A stretch of 64,000 bases of DNA, taken from the NCBI GenBank assembly GCA_046331385.1, contig JAXLQW010000001.1, forward strand, positions 196,167-260,166. Direction: 5' to 3'. Numbering within the stretch: position 1 is the stretch's first letter; each line of letters opens with the position of its first letter. This DNA comes from Thermoanaerobaculia bacterium (GTDB taxonomy: Bacteria; Acidobacteriota; Thermoanaerobaculia; Multivoradales; JAGPDF01). The notes under the pieces were generated by a model. It made no database searches. It saw only the letters and a list, made by a program, of their open reading frames with translations, and had not been told where the DNA came from. Below are positions 20,663 to 30,396 of this stretch, one piece after another. A program made the translations under genes and the position numbers.

Positions 20663-22617
20663 GGCTCGACGAGCAGGTAGCCCGCCATCTCCAAGTGGAG
20701 CGCCGAACAGAACTCCGTGCAGTACAGCGGGTAGACGCCGGCGCGGTCCGCCTTGAAAGTGACGTTGGCGTGCTCGCCGGGTTCGAGGCTGAGATTGATG
20801 TTGTAGGCCGAGATGGCGAAGCCGTGCGTCGCGTCCTGGGCCTGTTCGAGGTTGGTGATGTGCAAGTGGACGAGGTCGCCCTTCTTGACCCGGATGGTGT
20901 CGGGCGTGAAGTGGCTGCGCACGGCGGTCATCCGGACGTGCACTCCGTCGGCCTTGCGCTCGAGGCCTTCCGTGCCGCCGGCGACCGCGAAGGGATCGAC
21001 CTTGTCGGTCAGCGGATCGATCCCCACCGGCGTGTAGGCCACCTCCGAGTGGATCTTGTCCGCCTTGATCATCTGCGCGTAGTGCGGCTCGCCGATCGGG
21101 ATCGGCATGTCGTAGAGCAGCTGCATCTTGTCACCGGCGATGTCGATGAGCTGGAAGTTCTGCGGCAGCAGAGGACCGACGGCGGCGAAGCGGTCGAGCG
21201 ACCACTTGTCCATCGCCACCACGTACTTGCCGTCCGGGCTCACCGTGTCGCCTTCGGCCGCCACCAGGTGGCCGATGTTGTAGTGCGCCGGGATCTTCTC
21301 GCTCACTTTGAGGTCCTTGAGCGACCACTTGGCGACCACGGATTCGATGAACACCGAGGTGTAGGCGTTGCCCTGGTTGTCGTACTGGGTGTGCAGCGGC
21401 CCGAGCCCGATCTCCACCTGGCCGCGGATCGAATCCTGGAAGGGGAGGATCGGCACGCCGTACGGGTCGGTGCCGACCGTCTTGCCGCCGTCGATCAGCG
21501 CCTTGATCTTGGCGAAGCTGTAGATCGTCGCGTGGGTGTCGAGCTTTCCGGCGACGACGATGTCGTTCCCGTCCGGAGTGACGTCGACGCCGTGCGGGCT
21601 CTTGGGCTCCTCGATGAAGTAGAGCAGGCCCTCGGCGATCGCGGTCTTGAGCGGGATCACCCGCATGTCGCGGATGGTCACCGTCTTGCCCGCGGCGACG
21701 ACCTGCTCCGCCTTCTTCCAGTTGATGACGTGCAGGTAGTCGGTGTCCTTCTGCGACGCCCCGGACTCGAGCGGCGGCCGGCCCTCCTGGTTGCCGCCGA
21801 AGGCCATCTCGGTGTCGAAGCTGTTGAGGAACGCGAAGCCGTCGCTCGCCAGCTTGCCGGCGTCGGCGAGGTCCTGCATGTAAGGCGGCAGCTCGATGGC
21901 GAAGGATTTCGACTTGTCGATCCGCCCCGCGGCGCGATCGAACTTCCAGAAGTTGACCGCCCCGCGGTAGAGCTCCTGGAACTTCTCGATCGGCGCGTAG
22001 CCGCCGCCGAGCGGCGCCGGATACTGCGAGCTCTCGATCACGTAGTCGGTGTCCGGGGTGACGAAAGTGCCGCCGTGGTCCGACTGGATCAGATTGCTGA
22101 CCACGATCTGCTTGGTGGCGAAGTCCTTGAGCGAAATCACCGCGACGCGGCCGTTGGCCTTGTCGCCGACGAACAGATACTGCCCGTCGTAGTCGCCGGC
22201 GGTCTCGGAGAGCGCCGGGTGGTGCACGTCGGCCCACAGCAGCGGCTTGCCATCCTTGTAGCCCGACTCGAGCAGCTGGTCGGTTTGGTCGCCGTAGCCG
22301 TAGCCCTGCCAGGGCTCCGGAGTGAAGACCGCGATCACCTTGAGGATGCGCATGCTGGGCACGCCGATCACCAGGACCTGGCCGCCGTGGCCGCCGGAGG
22401 CGAAGATGAAGTAGTCGTCCTTGACTCCGGTGGGGGTGTAGGTCTTGAGCGCGGCGTTGACGTTGTCCTCGCTCAAGTTGCGCGCCTTCATCAGCTCCTG
22501 CAGGGTCGCCGAGCCGCCGGCGACCGGAGCCGCCTGCGGCCGACAGGCGAGAATCAGAGCCAGGGCCGACAAGGCCACGCCGCTCGAGACGAGGACAGCG
22601 GAACGGGTTCGTTTCAT
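20659..22617 (-). CDS. nosZ: Nitrous-oxide reductase NosZ with a Sec-type signal peptide (clade II-like)
   Basis: 652 aa. The C-terminal CuA motif is CTEFCSALHLEM (C-x2-F-C-x3-H-x2-M). The N-terminus MKRTRSAVLVSSGVALSALALILAC lacks a twin-arginine motif. There is a strong SD (AGGAGGAG) upstream. Confidence 0.9.
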   Translation of the reverse strand: MKRTRSAVLVSSGVALSALALILACRPQAAPVAGGSATLQELMKARNLSEDNVNAALKTYTPTGVKDDYFIFASGGHGGQVLVIGVPSMRILKVIAVFTPEPWQGYGYGDQTDQLLESGYKDGKPLLWADVHHPALSETAGDYDGQYLFVGDKANGRVAVISLKDFATKQIVVSNLIQSDHGGTFVTPDTDYVIESSQYPAPLGGGYAPIEKFQELYRGAVNFWKFDRAAGRIDKSKSFAIELPPYMQDLADAGKLASDGFAFLNSFDTEMAFGGNQEGRPPLESGASQKDTDYLHVINWKKAEQVVAAGKTVTIRDMRVIPLKTAIAEGLLYFIEEPKSPHGVDVTPDGNDIVVAGKLDTHATIYSFAKIKALIDGGKTVGTDPYGVPILPFQDSIRGQVEIGLGPLHTQYDNQGNAYTSVFIESVVAKWSLKDLKVSEKIPAHYNIGHLVAAEGDTVSPDGKYVVAMDKWSLDRFAAVGPLLPQNFQLIDIAGDKMQLLYDMPIPIGEPHYAQMIKADKIHSEVAYTPVGIDPLTDKVDPFAVAGGTEGLERKADGVHVRMTAVRSHFTPDTIRVKKGDLVHLHITNLEQAQDATHGFAISAYNINLSLEPGEHANVTFKADRAGVYPLYCTEFCSALHLEMAGYLLVEP

Positions 22618-22641
22618 GGGATCTCCTCCTGAGAAAAGGCT

Positions 22642-23115
22642 TCAGTGACCTTTGAGCGAGCGGACGTGCGCGGCGAGCGCCGCGACCACGTCGGGCTTGG
22701 CCATCAGGTCGGGGTTGGGCGGCATCATCGGGCTCTTCCCCACCGCGGTACCGCCGTACATGATGATCTTGCGCAGGTGTTCGTCGGTGACCGAGGCTTG
22801 CCATTCGGCGTTGGTGAAATCGCGCGGGTGGACCGCGAGCCCGGCCGAAGCGGGGCCGTCGCCCTTGCCTTCGGCTCCGTGGCAGGTCACGCAGCGTTGA
22901 GCGAAGATCTCGAGCGCCGCGGCTTGGCTGGCGGCGCTCGGGGCCGGAGCCGCGGCGACCGTGGCGCCCGGCGGCGCCGGTTTCTCGGCGGTCGCAGACG
23001 TGGAGGTGGAGCCCCCGCCGCAGGCGACGAGCGATCCGCCGGCGAGGCCGAGAGCGACGAGGGTCGAGCGTAGGGTCGGGGTGTGCAAGGTGCCTTCTCC
23101 TGGTTGTTTCTTCAT
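22642..23115 (-). CDS. Mono-haem c-type cytochrome (lipoprotein-like) upstream of nosZ
   Basis: …FAQRCVTCHGAEG… carries a CxxCH motif with a downstream Met ligand region. There is a lipobox-like LVAC. 24 bp separate it from nosZ. Confidence 0.75.
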   Translation of the reverse strand: MKKQPGEGTLHTPTLRSTLVALGLAGGSLVACGGGSTSTSATAEKPAPPGATVAAAPAPSAASQAAALEIFAQRCVTCHGAEGKGDGPASAGLAVHPRDFTNAEWQASVTDEHLRKIIMYGGTAVGKSPMMPPNPDLMAKPDVVAALAAHVRSLKGH

Positions 23116-23218
23116 CGCCAGCAGCCTAGAAGCGGCTCCCTGGCGGGCCTATGACGATGATCAGGTCCCGAGCCGACGAGCGCCATCCGATAGAGTTCGC
23201 GCGGCGGTGGGCGCCTCG

Positions 23219-23851
23219 ATGCTGCTCGAACGATTGACCGTGGGTCCCCTGGAGGAGAACTGTTACTTGGTGGGCGTGGCGCCGCGCTGCGCGGTGGTCG
23301 ACCCCGGAGCGGAGAGCGACCGAATCGAGCGCGCGATCGCGCGCCGGGGCCTGGTTCCCGAGCGCATCCTGTTGACTCATGGGCACATCGACCACATGGC
23401 GCACGCGGCCGCGATCGCCGAGCGCTATCGGATCGGCCTCTGGATTCACCGCGACGACCTGCCCTTGCTCGAGCGACCGCAGTGGCCGGAGCTCGAGGCG
23501 ATGCTCGGCGCCCGGACCTGTCCCGCGCCGGCCGGGTTCCTCGCCGACGGCGACCGAATCGAAGTCGCGGGGATCGCCCTCGAAGTGATCCACACGCCCG
23601 GTCACACGCCGGGGGGAGTCTGTTTCGTCGATCGAGCCAGTCGCTCCGCCATGGTGGGGGACACGATCTTCCAAGGTAGCGTGGGCCGCACCGACCTGCC
23701 GGGTGGGGATTGGCCCACCCTCGTGCGCTCCATCCGCTCGCGCCTCTTCGCGCTGGAGGGCGACTGGAGGCTGTGGCCGGGGCACGGTCCCGAGACCACG
23801 CTCGAGGAGGAACGGCGGCACAATCCGTTCGTCGGCGCGACGCGCGGATGA
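23219..23851 (+). CDS. MBL-fold metallo-hydrolase (glyoxalase II-like)
   Basis: …LLTHGHIDHM… (HxHxDH motif) and …HTPGHTPGG… 210 aa from ATG 23219. Confidence 0.75.
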   Translation: MLLERLTVGPLEENCYLVGVAPRCAVVDPGAESDRIERAIARRGLVPERILLTHGHIDHMAHAAAIAERYRIGLWIHRDDLPLLERPQWPELEAMLGARTCPAPAGFLADGDRIEVAGIALEVIHTPGHTPGGVCFVDRASRSAMVGDTIFQGSVGRTDLPGGDWPTLVRSIRSRLFALEGDWRLWPGHGPETTLEEERRHNPFVGATRG

Positions 23852-24738
23852 GCGCCGAGCCGCGGACGGTCGAACGCTGGCTCGAGGCGCTGGCGCTCGA
23901 ACGGGGGCTCGCGGCGCGGACCGTGGCGGCTTACCGCTCCGACCTCGCGCGGCTGGCCGCCTGGGCCGAGAAGAATCGCGGCGCCGATCCGGCGGCGCTC
24001 GATGCCGCGAGTCTCGCGGCGCACGTGCGCGAGCTACGTCTCGCGGGGCTGGCACCGCGCTCGATCCGCCGCCTGATCTCGTCGCTACGCGGCTACTACG
24101 CCGACTTGGTCGAGCGCGGCGAGCGCGGCGACAATCCGGTGGCGCACCTGGCCTCGCCCAAGGCGCTGCGCGCTCTGCCCAAGTTCCTCGACGAGCGCGA
24201 GGTCGAGCGCCTGCTGGCCCAGCCCGCTCCGACTTCGGATTCCGGACTGCGCGACAAGGCGATGCTCGAGCTGCTCTACGCGACCGGTCTGCGGGTCTCG
24301 GAGCTCGTCGGCCTGCGGCTCGGGCAGCTGCGTCTCGAAGGCGGATTCCTGATCGCTTTCGGCAAGGGCGCCAAGGAGCGGGTGGTGCCGGTCGGCGAGA
24401 CCGCCGAGGCCTGGCTGCGGCGGTGGTTGGCGGACGGCCGGCCGCGCTTGGCGCGCGGCCGCCACGAGGCGGTGTTCGTCAACCGCCGCGGCGCGCCGAT
24501 GACCCGCCAGGGGTTCTGGAAGATCCTGCGCGCCTATGGCCTCGCGGCCGGAATCGCCGATCTGTCGCCACACGTCCTGCGCCATTCCTTCGCCACCCAC
24601 CTGCTCGAGCACGGCGCCGACTTGCGGGCGGTGCAGATGATGCTCGGGCACGCCGACGTCTCGACCACCGAGATCTACACCCACATCCACCGCGAGCGGC
24701 TGCGCGGGCTCTATGACAGATTCCATCCCCGTGCGTAG
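23848..24738 (+). CDS. xerD: Tyrosine site-specific recombinase XerC/XerD
   Basis: …LLYATGLRVSE…, …HVLRHSFATHLLEHGADLRAVQMMLGHADVSTTEIYTH… carries the R-H-R-Y catalytic residues. ATGA overlap with the MBL gene. I cannot resolve XerC versus XerD from sequence alone. Confidence 0.8.
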   Translation: MSAEPRTVERWLEALALERGLAARTVAAYRSDLARLAAWAEKNRGADPAALDAASLAAHVRELRLAGLAPRSIRRLISSLRGYYADLVERGERGDNPVAHLASPKALRALPKFLDEREVERLLAQPAPTSDSGLRDKAMLELLYATGLRVSELVGLRLGQLRLEGGFLIAFGKGAKERVVPVGETAEAWLRRWLADGRPRLARGRHEAVFVNRRGAPMTRQGFWKILRAYGLAAGIADLSPHVLRHSFATHLLEHGADLRAVQMMLGHADVSTTEIYTHIHRERLRGLYDRFHPRA

Positions 24739-24748
24739 AGGAAGGGAG

Positions 24749-25444
24749 ATGGTTCGTCTCGCGACCGCCGCGCTCGCCCTGCTCGCCGCGCTCGCTCCGC
24801 CGGCCCTGCGGGCGGAGCTCGTGCTGCTCGTCGATGGGGCGGTGGTCAAAGTGGACGCCTACACCGCCGACGACCGCGAGGCCCGGCTGTCGCTGCCCGG
24901 CGGCGGCACGATTTCGCTCCCGGTGATTCGCGTCGACCGGGTGCTCGAGGACGAGATCGTGCCGCAGCCGGAGGCGACGTCGATCGAGACCGATTCACCG
25001 GCCTTCGCCGTGCGCTTCGCCGATGACCAGGTAGCCCCTCCCGTCCCCTTCGCCGAGGCGATCTTCGACGTCTCGCGCCGCCAGGGCCTGAATCCGGCCC
25101 TGGTTTCGGCGGTGATCCGGGCCGAGTCGGGATTCGACGCGCGCGCGGTCTCGAACAAGGGAGCGCGCGGCCTGATGCAGCTCATGCCCTCGACCGGACG
25201 ACGCTACGGCCTGCGGCCGGTCGAGCTCTACGATCCGTTGAAGAACCTCGAAGCTGGCGCGCGCTACCTGCGCTTCCTCGCCGATCGCTTCGCCGACGAC
25301 CTGCCGCGGATCCTCGCCGGCTACAACGCCGGCGAGGGCTCGGTCGACCGCTACCGCGGAGTGCCGCCGTACCGCGAGACCGTGAGCTACATCCGCCGCG
25401 TCTATTCCTTCCTCGGGCTCGAGCTCGCCGCCGCGCCGAGATAG
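24749..25444 (+). CDS. Lytic transglycosylase (SLT domain) protein
   Basis: …ESGFDARAVSNKGARGLMQLMPST… contains the SLT catalytic Glu motif. Signal peptide. SD gaagggag. Confidence 0.7.
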   Translation: MVRLATAALALLAALAPPALRAELVLLVDGAVVKVDAYTADDREARLSLPGGGTISLPVIRVDRVLEDEIVPQPEATSIETDSPAFAVRFADDQVAPPVPFAEAIFDVSRRQGLNPALVSAVIRAESGFDARAVSNKGARGLMQLMPSTGRRYGLRPVELYDPLKNLEAGARYLRFLADRFADDLPRILAGYNAGEGSVDRYRGVPPYRETVSYIRRVYSFLGLELAAAPR

Positions 25445-27414
25445 CGCAGGACGACGATCGTCCGGTCGTCCTCCGGCGCGTCGGTCCCGGAGTGGGCGCG
25501 CGCCGCGGCGAGCAGCCGATCGCGCAGCGCGACCGCGGTCGGCGCCACGCCGGCGATCGAACGCTGCACCCGGTCGTAGCCGAACTGCTCGCCGCTCTCG
25601 TTGGTTCCTTCGATGATGCCGTCCGAGAGCCAGACCACGCTGTCGCCGGGCGCGAGATCGACGGTGGCGCGGCCGAAGGCGCCCTCGAAAGTGCCGAGCG
25701 CCGGACCCGGCAGCAGGAGCTCCTCGACGCCGCCCGCGGCGCGCAACAGGTAGGTCGGCGGGTGGCCCGCGTTGGTCAGATCGAGGCGGCCGCTCGTCGG
25801 GTCGAAGAAGGAGACGGTGGCGGTGACGAATCCGCGCTCGCCGGGCCGGTTGCGCACCAGGCGGTGGACCCGGCGCAGGAGGTCCTCGGCCTTCGCTTCG
25901 TCCTCGATCAGGATGGTGAGCGCCGACTTGACCATCGCCATCCGCAGCCCCGCCGGCAGGCCGTGTCCGGAGACGTCGGCGATCACCACCGCCAGCCCGC
26001 CGTCCGGCCGATCGAGGATGTCGTAGTAGTCGCCGCCGATCGCCGCCGAGGGCTCGAAGAAGGTGGCGAACTCGACCTCGTCGCGGGCGCGCACCTCGGC
26101 CGGCAGCAGGTCCTGCTGCACCCGGCGCGCCAGCGCCAGCTCCTTGTCGATCGCCTCCTTGAGCGCCGCCGTGGCCACCAGCTCCGAGAGGTGGCCGCTC
26201 ATCTGGTTGAACGAGCGCTGCAGCTCGCCGATCTGGTCCTTGCGCTTCACCGGGATGCGGTAGGTGAAATCGCCCTGGGCGACCGCCTCGGTGGCGCGCG
26301 ACAGGCGGTTCACGGCGCGCGAGATGCCGTAGATCATGAAGCTCGCCATCGCCGCGGCGACGAAGTAGATCTCGAGCAGCAGCACGGCGACGCCGGCGAA
26401 CGCCAGCCAGGCGGCCGAGTCGACGCTCGCCGAAGTCGAGAGCAGGGCGCGGAAGAGCACCCCCGGGCTCGCGGCGAGCGAGGCGGCGACGCTCTCGGCG
26501 GCCGGCTCGCCGGTGGCCAAGAGGCGCAGTGGGCCACTGGTCTCCATCCACAGGATGTTGGGTTTCTCGCGCAACGTCGGCGCCGCGCCGCGCGGCGGAT
26601 TGAGCCGGTAGTACTCGGCCTCCTGCTCCGGCTGGCGCTCGACCCACAGGCCGCGCACCTGGAATCGCTGGTTGAGCACTTGCAGCTCGGTCATCGACAG
26701 CTTGCGCGGATCGTCCGAGCGGAACAGCTGCAGCCAGACGTGCGCCCGCTCGCGCAGGCGCGCTTCGAGGTCGCCGGCGAAGTAGGCGAGCACCGCGTCG
26801 TCACCGAGGCGCGCGCTGCCGGCGATCGACAACTTGCCGCTCGACAGGGCGACGAACGGGCAGCCGATCCCCGACGGGCTTCCCGGAGAGGCGAAGTCGG
26901 GGAGCCACGCCGGCCACTCCGCCGGGCCCTCGGAGCCCTCGCCCGCGCGGCGGCCGCGGCGGTAGTAGACGAAGCGCAGGTCGCCCTCGGCGGCGACCGG
27001 CCGGTGGCGGGCGACGAAATCCGCCAGCTGCGATGCGGCGGCGGCGTGGATCTCGTCGCCCAGATCGTCCACCGCGTCGCGGTAGAGGTGACCGAGCAGG
27101 AACCCCGAGACCATGTAGGCGGTGAGCAGCACCAGGATGGCGAACATGCCGAGCGGCAGGACGCCGACCAGCAGGTAGGTGAAGGCGAGCCGGCGGCCGA
27201 CGCGCCAGAGGAACCTGCGCCAGGCGAGCCGCAGCAGCCAGGCGAAGACGAGCAGCGCGACGCAGGCGAGCCCGAGGCGGGCGACGCCCGAGACCCAGGG
27301 CCATTGCGACTGGAAGGAGGCCCACGCCAGCGCTCCGATCCACAGGACGGCGACCCCGAAGAGGAGCCAGGAGAGCCGACGCCGCGTGGGCGATTCGGGG
27401 GGCGGGATCTTCAC
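25402..27414 (-). CDS. Membrane-bound HAMP-domain PP2C (SpoIIE-family) serine phosphatase
   Basis: N-terminal TM segments, a HAMP-like linker, and a C-terminal PP2C core (…DVSGHGLPAG… …NAGHPP… …SDGIIE…). 670 aa. Confidence 0.75.
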   Translation of the reverse strand: MKIPPPESPTRRRLSWLLFGVAVLWIGALAWASFQSQWPWVSGVARLGLACVALLVFAWLLRLAWRRFLWRVGRRLAFTYLLVGVLPLGMFAILVLLTAYMVSGFLLGHLYRDAVDDLGDEIHAAAASQLADFVARHRPVAAEGDLRFVYYRRGRRAGEGSEGPAEWPAWLPDFASPGSPSGIGCPFVALSSGKLSIAGSARLGDDAVLAYFAGDLEARLRERAHVWLQLFRSDDPRKLSMTELQVLNQRFQVRGLWVERQPEQEAEYYRLNPPRGAAPTLREKPNILWMETSGPLRLLATGEPAAESVAASLAASPGVLFRALLSTSASVDSAAWLAFAGVAVLLLEIYFVAAAMASFMIYGISRAVNRLSRATEAVAQGDFTYRIPVKRKDQIGELQRSFNQMSGHLSELVATAALKEAIDKELALARRVQQDLLPAEVRARDEVEFATFFEPSAAIGGDYYDILDRPDGGLAVVIADVSGHGLPAGLRMAMVKSALTILIEDEAKAEDLLRRVHRLVRNRPGERGFVTATVSFFDPTSGRLDLTNAGHPPTYLLRAAGGVEELLLPGPALGTFEGAFGRATVDLAPGDSVVWLSDGIIEGTNESGEQFGYDRVQRSIAGVAPTAVALRDRLLAAARAHSGTDAPEDDRTIVVLRYLGAAASSSPRKE

Positions 27415-27531
27415 TCGCTTAGCTTACGGCCGGTGCGGATCGAAGTTCCGCGGCGGAGCCGCGCGCGTGCGGCCCAGATCGGTAGAATAGCGCCGGTCCG
27501 TCCGTCTCGCCTTCGTCTCGGAGGAGGTCCC

Positions 27532-27936
27532 GTGTCCCGACTGCCGCGCGCCCTGGAGTACCTGAAGACCGGATTCAACGCCGAAGCGGCGAGCGCCGCG
27601 CGCTGCCGGGCCGCCGCCGCCCGGGCGACGCGAGATCGCCGGCCGAAGCTCGCCGAGGCCTGGCTGGCGCTCGCGGCCGAGAAGGATGCGCTCGCCATTC
27701 GCCAGCTCGAGGCGACGGGTCAGCTGCACGGCGGCGAGCGCGATCTCGCCGCGGCGATCGCCGAGGAGCACTACGAGAACGAGTCGCTCTACCCGCGCAT
27801 GCAGCGCGAAGTCGACCCCGAGACCGCGGCGGTGTTTCAGGCCGTGATCGGCCAGCAGGTCGAGCATCTCGCCCGGCTCGAGAAGCTCCTCGAGGAAGTC
27901 ACCACCACCACCGGCGACTTCGCCGCCGCCAGCTGA
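27532..27936 (+). CDS. Small hypothetical protein, possibly ferritin/rubrerythrin-like helical
   Basis: 134 aa. GTG start preceded by SD ggaggagg and a tagaat -10-like hexamer. It has E…ExxH-like motifs (FNAEAAS…; AEEHYENE). Confidence 0.4.
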   Translation: MSRLPRALEYLKTGFNAEAASAARCRAAAARATRDRRPKLAEAWLALAAEKDALAIRQLEATGQLHGGERDLAAAIAEEHYENESLYPRMQREVDPETAAVFQAVIGQQVEHLARLEKLLEEVTTTTGDFAAAS

Positions 27937-28202
27937 GGCCGGCGCTCGCCGGCGAGCGCCACCCGGAATCAGAAACCCCTTGGCCTGCCCCCGCCGCGAG
28001 GGAGGGCTCGGTCCAGGGGAGAGGACGCTCTCTTGGGCCGCTCGAGTGGCCGAGTTGACGGCCGGGGCGAGGATGGCGGAGAAGCGCAGACTCCTGGGCC
28101 GGGAAGCGCTCGGCTCGCCGGTCGATCGGGTGCAGGACGCGCATCGGTGCAGTAGACTCTTCCGACCTCGTTCTGCGTAGGCGGCGAGCGAGAGGAGGGG
28201 GA

Positions 28203-28724
28203 ATGGAAGAGGTTCAGGGCCAGTCCTGGGTGACGACGCAGCTCGAGAAGTTCGTCGAATGGGCGCAGAAGAACTCCTTCTGGCCCCTGCCGTTCGGCAC
28301 CGCCTGCTGCGCCATCGAGTTCATGGGCACGGTCTCCTCGCACTACGACATGTCGCGTTTCGGCTACGAGGTCGTCCGCTTCTCGCCGCGCCAGAGCGAT
28401 CTGATGATCGTCGCCGGCACGATCACCGACAAGATGGCGCCGGTGCTGAAGAAGATCTACGACCAGATGCCCGACCCGAAGTGGGTGGTTTCGATGGGCG
28501 CCTGCGCCTGCTCCGGCGGTTTCTACCGCGCCTACCACGTCATGCAGGGGATCGACGAGATCATCCCGGTCGACGTCTACGTGCCCGGCTGCCCGCCGTC
28601 GCCCGAAGGACTGATGTACGGCATCCTGCAAATCAAGGAAAAGGTCGATCGCGACCGCAAGGCGAAGAAGAAGAACCGAAAGGCGGGTCTCCGTGGCGAT
28701 AGTGGAAGCTCCGCCGCTGCCTGA
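28203..28724 (+). CDS. nuoB: NADH-quinone oxidoreductase subunit B (N2 cluster subunit)
   Basis: …[11 protein letters not shown]…, …GACACSGG…, …VPGCPP… are the four Cys ligands of cluster N2. 173 aa. Confidence 0.9.
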   Translation: MEEVQGQSWVTTQLEKFVEWAQKNSFWPLPFGTACCAIEFMGTVSSHYDMSRFGYEVVRFSPRQSDLMIVAGTITDKMAPVLKKIYDQMPDPKWVVSMGACACSGGFYRAYHVMQGIDEIIPVDVYVPGCPPSPEGLMYGILQIKEKVDRDRKAKKKNRKAGLRGDSGSSAAA

Positions 28725-30396
28725 GCGGCACCCGATCCTCGCCAAGCTCCCGCCGGGAGCGGTGGAGATCGAGGAAGGACTCGACCAGCCGACCTGGATC
28801 GTCCGGCGCGAGAACCTGCTCGAGGTCTGCCGGGCGCTACGCGACGATCGCTCGACCCGGTTCGACCTGCTGCTCGAAGTCTTCGGCATGGACTATCCCG
28901 ACCGCGCCGAGCGCTTCGAGGCGGTTTACCATCTCTACTCTCTGCCGCGCGGCGAGCGCCTGCGCTTGAAGGTCCGCACCCCGGCCTCGGATCCCGTCCT
29001 GCCGTCGGTCACGCCGGTCTGGCGGGGAGCCAACTGGTTCGAGCGCGAGGCCTTCGACATGTACGGCTTGCGCTTCGAGGGCCACCCGCACCTGCGGCGC
29101 ATCCTCACCCACGAGGCCTTCCAGGGCCATCCGCTGCGCAAGGATTACGATCCGGCGCGGCGCTGGATCCTGACCGAAGACAAGATGTACCAGCCGAACC
29201 TTGTGGCCCCCGAGCGCGCCGACTCGATGTTCGAGCGCATGGCGATCAACATCGGCCCGTCGCACCCGGCGATGCACGGCACCTTCCGGCTGATGGCGCT
29301 CGTCGACGGAGAGGAGATCGTCGCCTCCGAGGTCGAGATCGGCTATCTGCACCGCTGCTTCGAGAAGATGTCGGAGACCCACACCTGGCAGCAGGTCATC
29401 CCCTACACCGATCGCCTGAACTACTGTTCGTCGTTCCTCAACAACGTCGGCTACTGCCGGACGGTGGAGAAGATGCTCGGCGTCGAGGCGCCCCCCAAGG
29501 CGGTCTGGGCGCGGACGATCCTCTCCGAGTTCTCGCGCATCATGGACCACTGCGTGGCCAACGGCTCGACCCTGGTCGACTGCGGCGCGCTGACCAACTT
29601 CTGGTACTTCTTCCAGCCGCGCGAGGAGATCTACGGGCTGCTCGAATCGGTCTGCGGCGCGCGGCTCACGGTCTCCGCCTGCCGGATCGGCGGCCTGCTC
29701 GCCGACTTGCCGCCCGATTTCGTCGCCCGCTGCCGCCACCTGCTCGAGTTCATGCCGCCGCTGTTCGACGACATCGAGACGCTGGTAAACAAGAACCGCA
29801 TCTGGCTCGACCGCTCGGTCGGCGTCGCCGCGATCTCGGGCGAGGACGCGGTCAACTGGAGCTTCACCGGCCCGTGCCTGCGCTCGGCCGGCGTGGCCTA
29901 CGACGTGCGGCGCGCGCACCCCTACGACCTCTACGACACGGTCGACTGGGAGGTGCCGGTGCTCGCCGGCGGCGACGTCTACGACCGCTACCGGATCCGC
30001 ATGCTCGAGATCCGCCAGTCGCTCGCGATCATCCGCCAGCTGGTCGAGCGCGGCGTACCGGAAGGTCCCTTCGTGGTCGACGACCCGCACGTCGCGCTGC
30101 CGTCGAAGGAGGCCTGCTACAACCAGATGGAATCGATGATCTACCACTTCAAGCTGATCATGGACGGCATCCAGGTGCCGCCCGGCGAGCGCTACGGCAT
30201 GGTCGAGGGCGCCAACGGCGAGCTGGGCTTCTACTGCGTCTCCGACGGCTCGGGGCGCCCCTACCGGGTGCGCGTCCGGCCACCCTGCTTCCCGATCTTC
30301 TCGGCCTACCCCGACATGATCCAGGGACACACGATCTCCGACGCGGTGATCGCGCTCGGCGGCCTGAACGTCATCGCCGGAGAGCTCGAACGATGA
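28693..30396 (+). CDS. nuoCD: NADH-quinone oxidoreductase fused subunits C/D
   Basis: 567 aa. The N-terminal NuoC (30 kDa) region runs straight into a NuoD (49 kDa) region (…[17 protein letters not shown]…, C-terminal …PPCFPIF…). Confidence 0.9.
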   Translation: MAIVEAPPLPERHPILAKLPPGAVEIEEGLDQPTWIVRRENLLEVCRALRDDRSTRFDLLLEVFGMDYPDRAERFEAVYHLYSLPRGERLRLKVRTPASDPVLPSVTPVWRGANWFEREAFDMYGLRFEGHPHLRRILTHEAFQGHPLRKDYDPARRWILTEDKMYQPNLVAPERADSMFERMAINIGPSHPAMHGTFRLMALVDGEEIVASEVEIGYLHRCFEKMSETHTWQQVIPYTDRLNYCSSFLNNVGYCRTVEKMLGVEAPPKAVWARTILSEFSRIMDHCVANGSTLVDCGALTNFWYFFQPREEIYGLLESVCGARLTVSACRIGGLLADLPPDFVARCRHLLEFMPPLFDDIETLVNKNRIWLDRSVGVAAISGEDAVNWSFTGPCLRSAGVAYDVRRAHPYDLYDTVDWEVPVLAGGDVYDRYRIRMLEIRQSLAIIRQLVERGVPEGPFVVDDPHVALPSKEACYNQMESMIYHFKLIMDGIQVPPGERYGMVEGANGELGFYCVSDGSGRPYRVRVRPPCFPIFSAYPDMIQGHTISDAVIALGGLNVIAGELER

